Shown: positions 63,325 to 64,000 of the stretch, one piece after another
Layout: every line of letters begins with the position of its first letter
How positions within the stretch are numbered: the stretch's first letter is position 1
From: Mobula hypostoma
Lineage: Eukaryota
Assembly (NCBI RefSeq): GCF_963921235.1
Contig: NC_086097.1
Coordinates: 152,460,001-152,524,000 of the forward strand
DNA: 64,000 nt
Direction of reading: 5' to 3'
Made by a program: the position numbers and the translations under genes
The notes under the pieces: model-generated
The model's input: only the letters and a program-made list of their open reading frames with translations
Databases searched by the model: none
Told to the model about the DNA's origin: nothing

Positions 63325-63640
63325 AGAATGGTAGCATTGTGGTTAGCACAATTACATTACAGCACCAGCAGCACCCAGAGCTCAATTCCTATTACTGTCT
63401 GTAAGGAGTTTTACCTACTCCCCGTGATGGCATGGTTTTTCTCCAAGTGCTCTGGTTTCCTCGTACATTACTCACATATATAGTTGGTGTTGGTGGGTTG
63501 TGGGCTTGCTGTGTTAGCACTGGAACTGTGGTGACACTTGTTGGCTGCCCCCCCAGAACAATGGACCATGTTGATTGATGATGGAAAATGATGTATTTCA
63601 CTGACTGTTTCAATGTATGTGTGAAAAATAAAACTAATCA
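63325..63640 (+). mobile_element. Decayed tRNA-derived V-SINE-like element
   Basis: TAGCATTGTGGTTAG, CTCAATTCC, GTGCTCTGGTTTCCTC. Confidence 0.65.
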
Positions 63641-64000
63641 TTTAAAAACAATATCAGCTTTTTTAAAGTGGCTTTCCAGGTGAAATTTTGCAACATTAAG
63701 AAAAAAGGTTTGCATTTATGATGTTCGCTGCTTTTAAATTGTAAGGCTTCCAAGGCACAATATCAGAGGTGGAAGTTAGATTTATCGAAACTCATTAACA
63801 TCCTCTTATTTCAAAGTGTCTGACTATCAGTAAAACTTCCTTGAAACAGTCTGCAGTACTGTATTGAAATACGGCGATCCATAAGCATTTAACAGCGTCT
63901 TTCTGACCTAGGTAAGTCAATAGATATTCTATTTTGAGAGCCATATTTCATTTATACTCTGTTATGGCACACTTAATGGGTTGTGTTAATGCTATAACGA

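Overview
Eukaryotic, repeat-dense window that looks intronic or intergenic, with no confidently identifiable host gene. The repeat repertoire points to a cartilaginous fish (shark or ray); this is an inference. It includes many CR1-type LINEs, V-domain tRNA-SINEs, Rex1/Babar-like LINEs, Penelope-like elements (PLEs), Gypsy LTR elements, solo LTRs and hAT elements. The most notable signal is a PLE family whose 3' end carries a minimal type-I hammerhead ribozyme. Two copies have an intact core (1146-1183 +, 13420-13457 -) and several are decayed. This ribozyme-bearing end also occurs as short non-coding insertions flanked by target-site duplications (TSDs), with an inverted arm plus a forward tail, including a 288-bp fold-back element carrying two ribozyme relics. 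Several nested insertions can be resolved to the base through their TSDs. Two internally deleted Gypsy elements of one family lie in opposite orientation. A local 120-bp duplication preserves the empty site of one of them and may contain a duplicated micro-exon. Boundaries of decayed elements are approximate; no database searches were possible.
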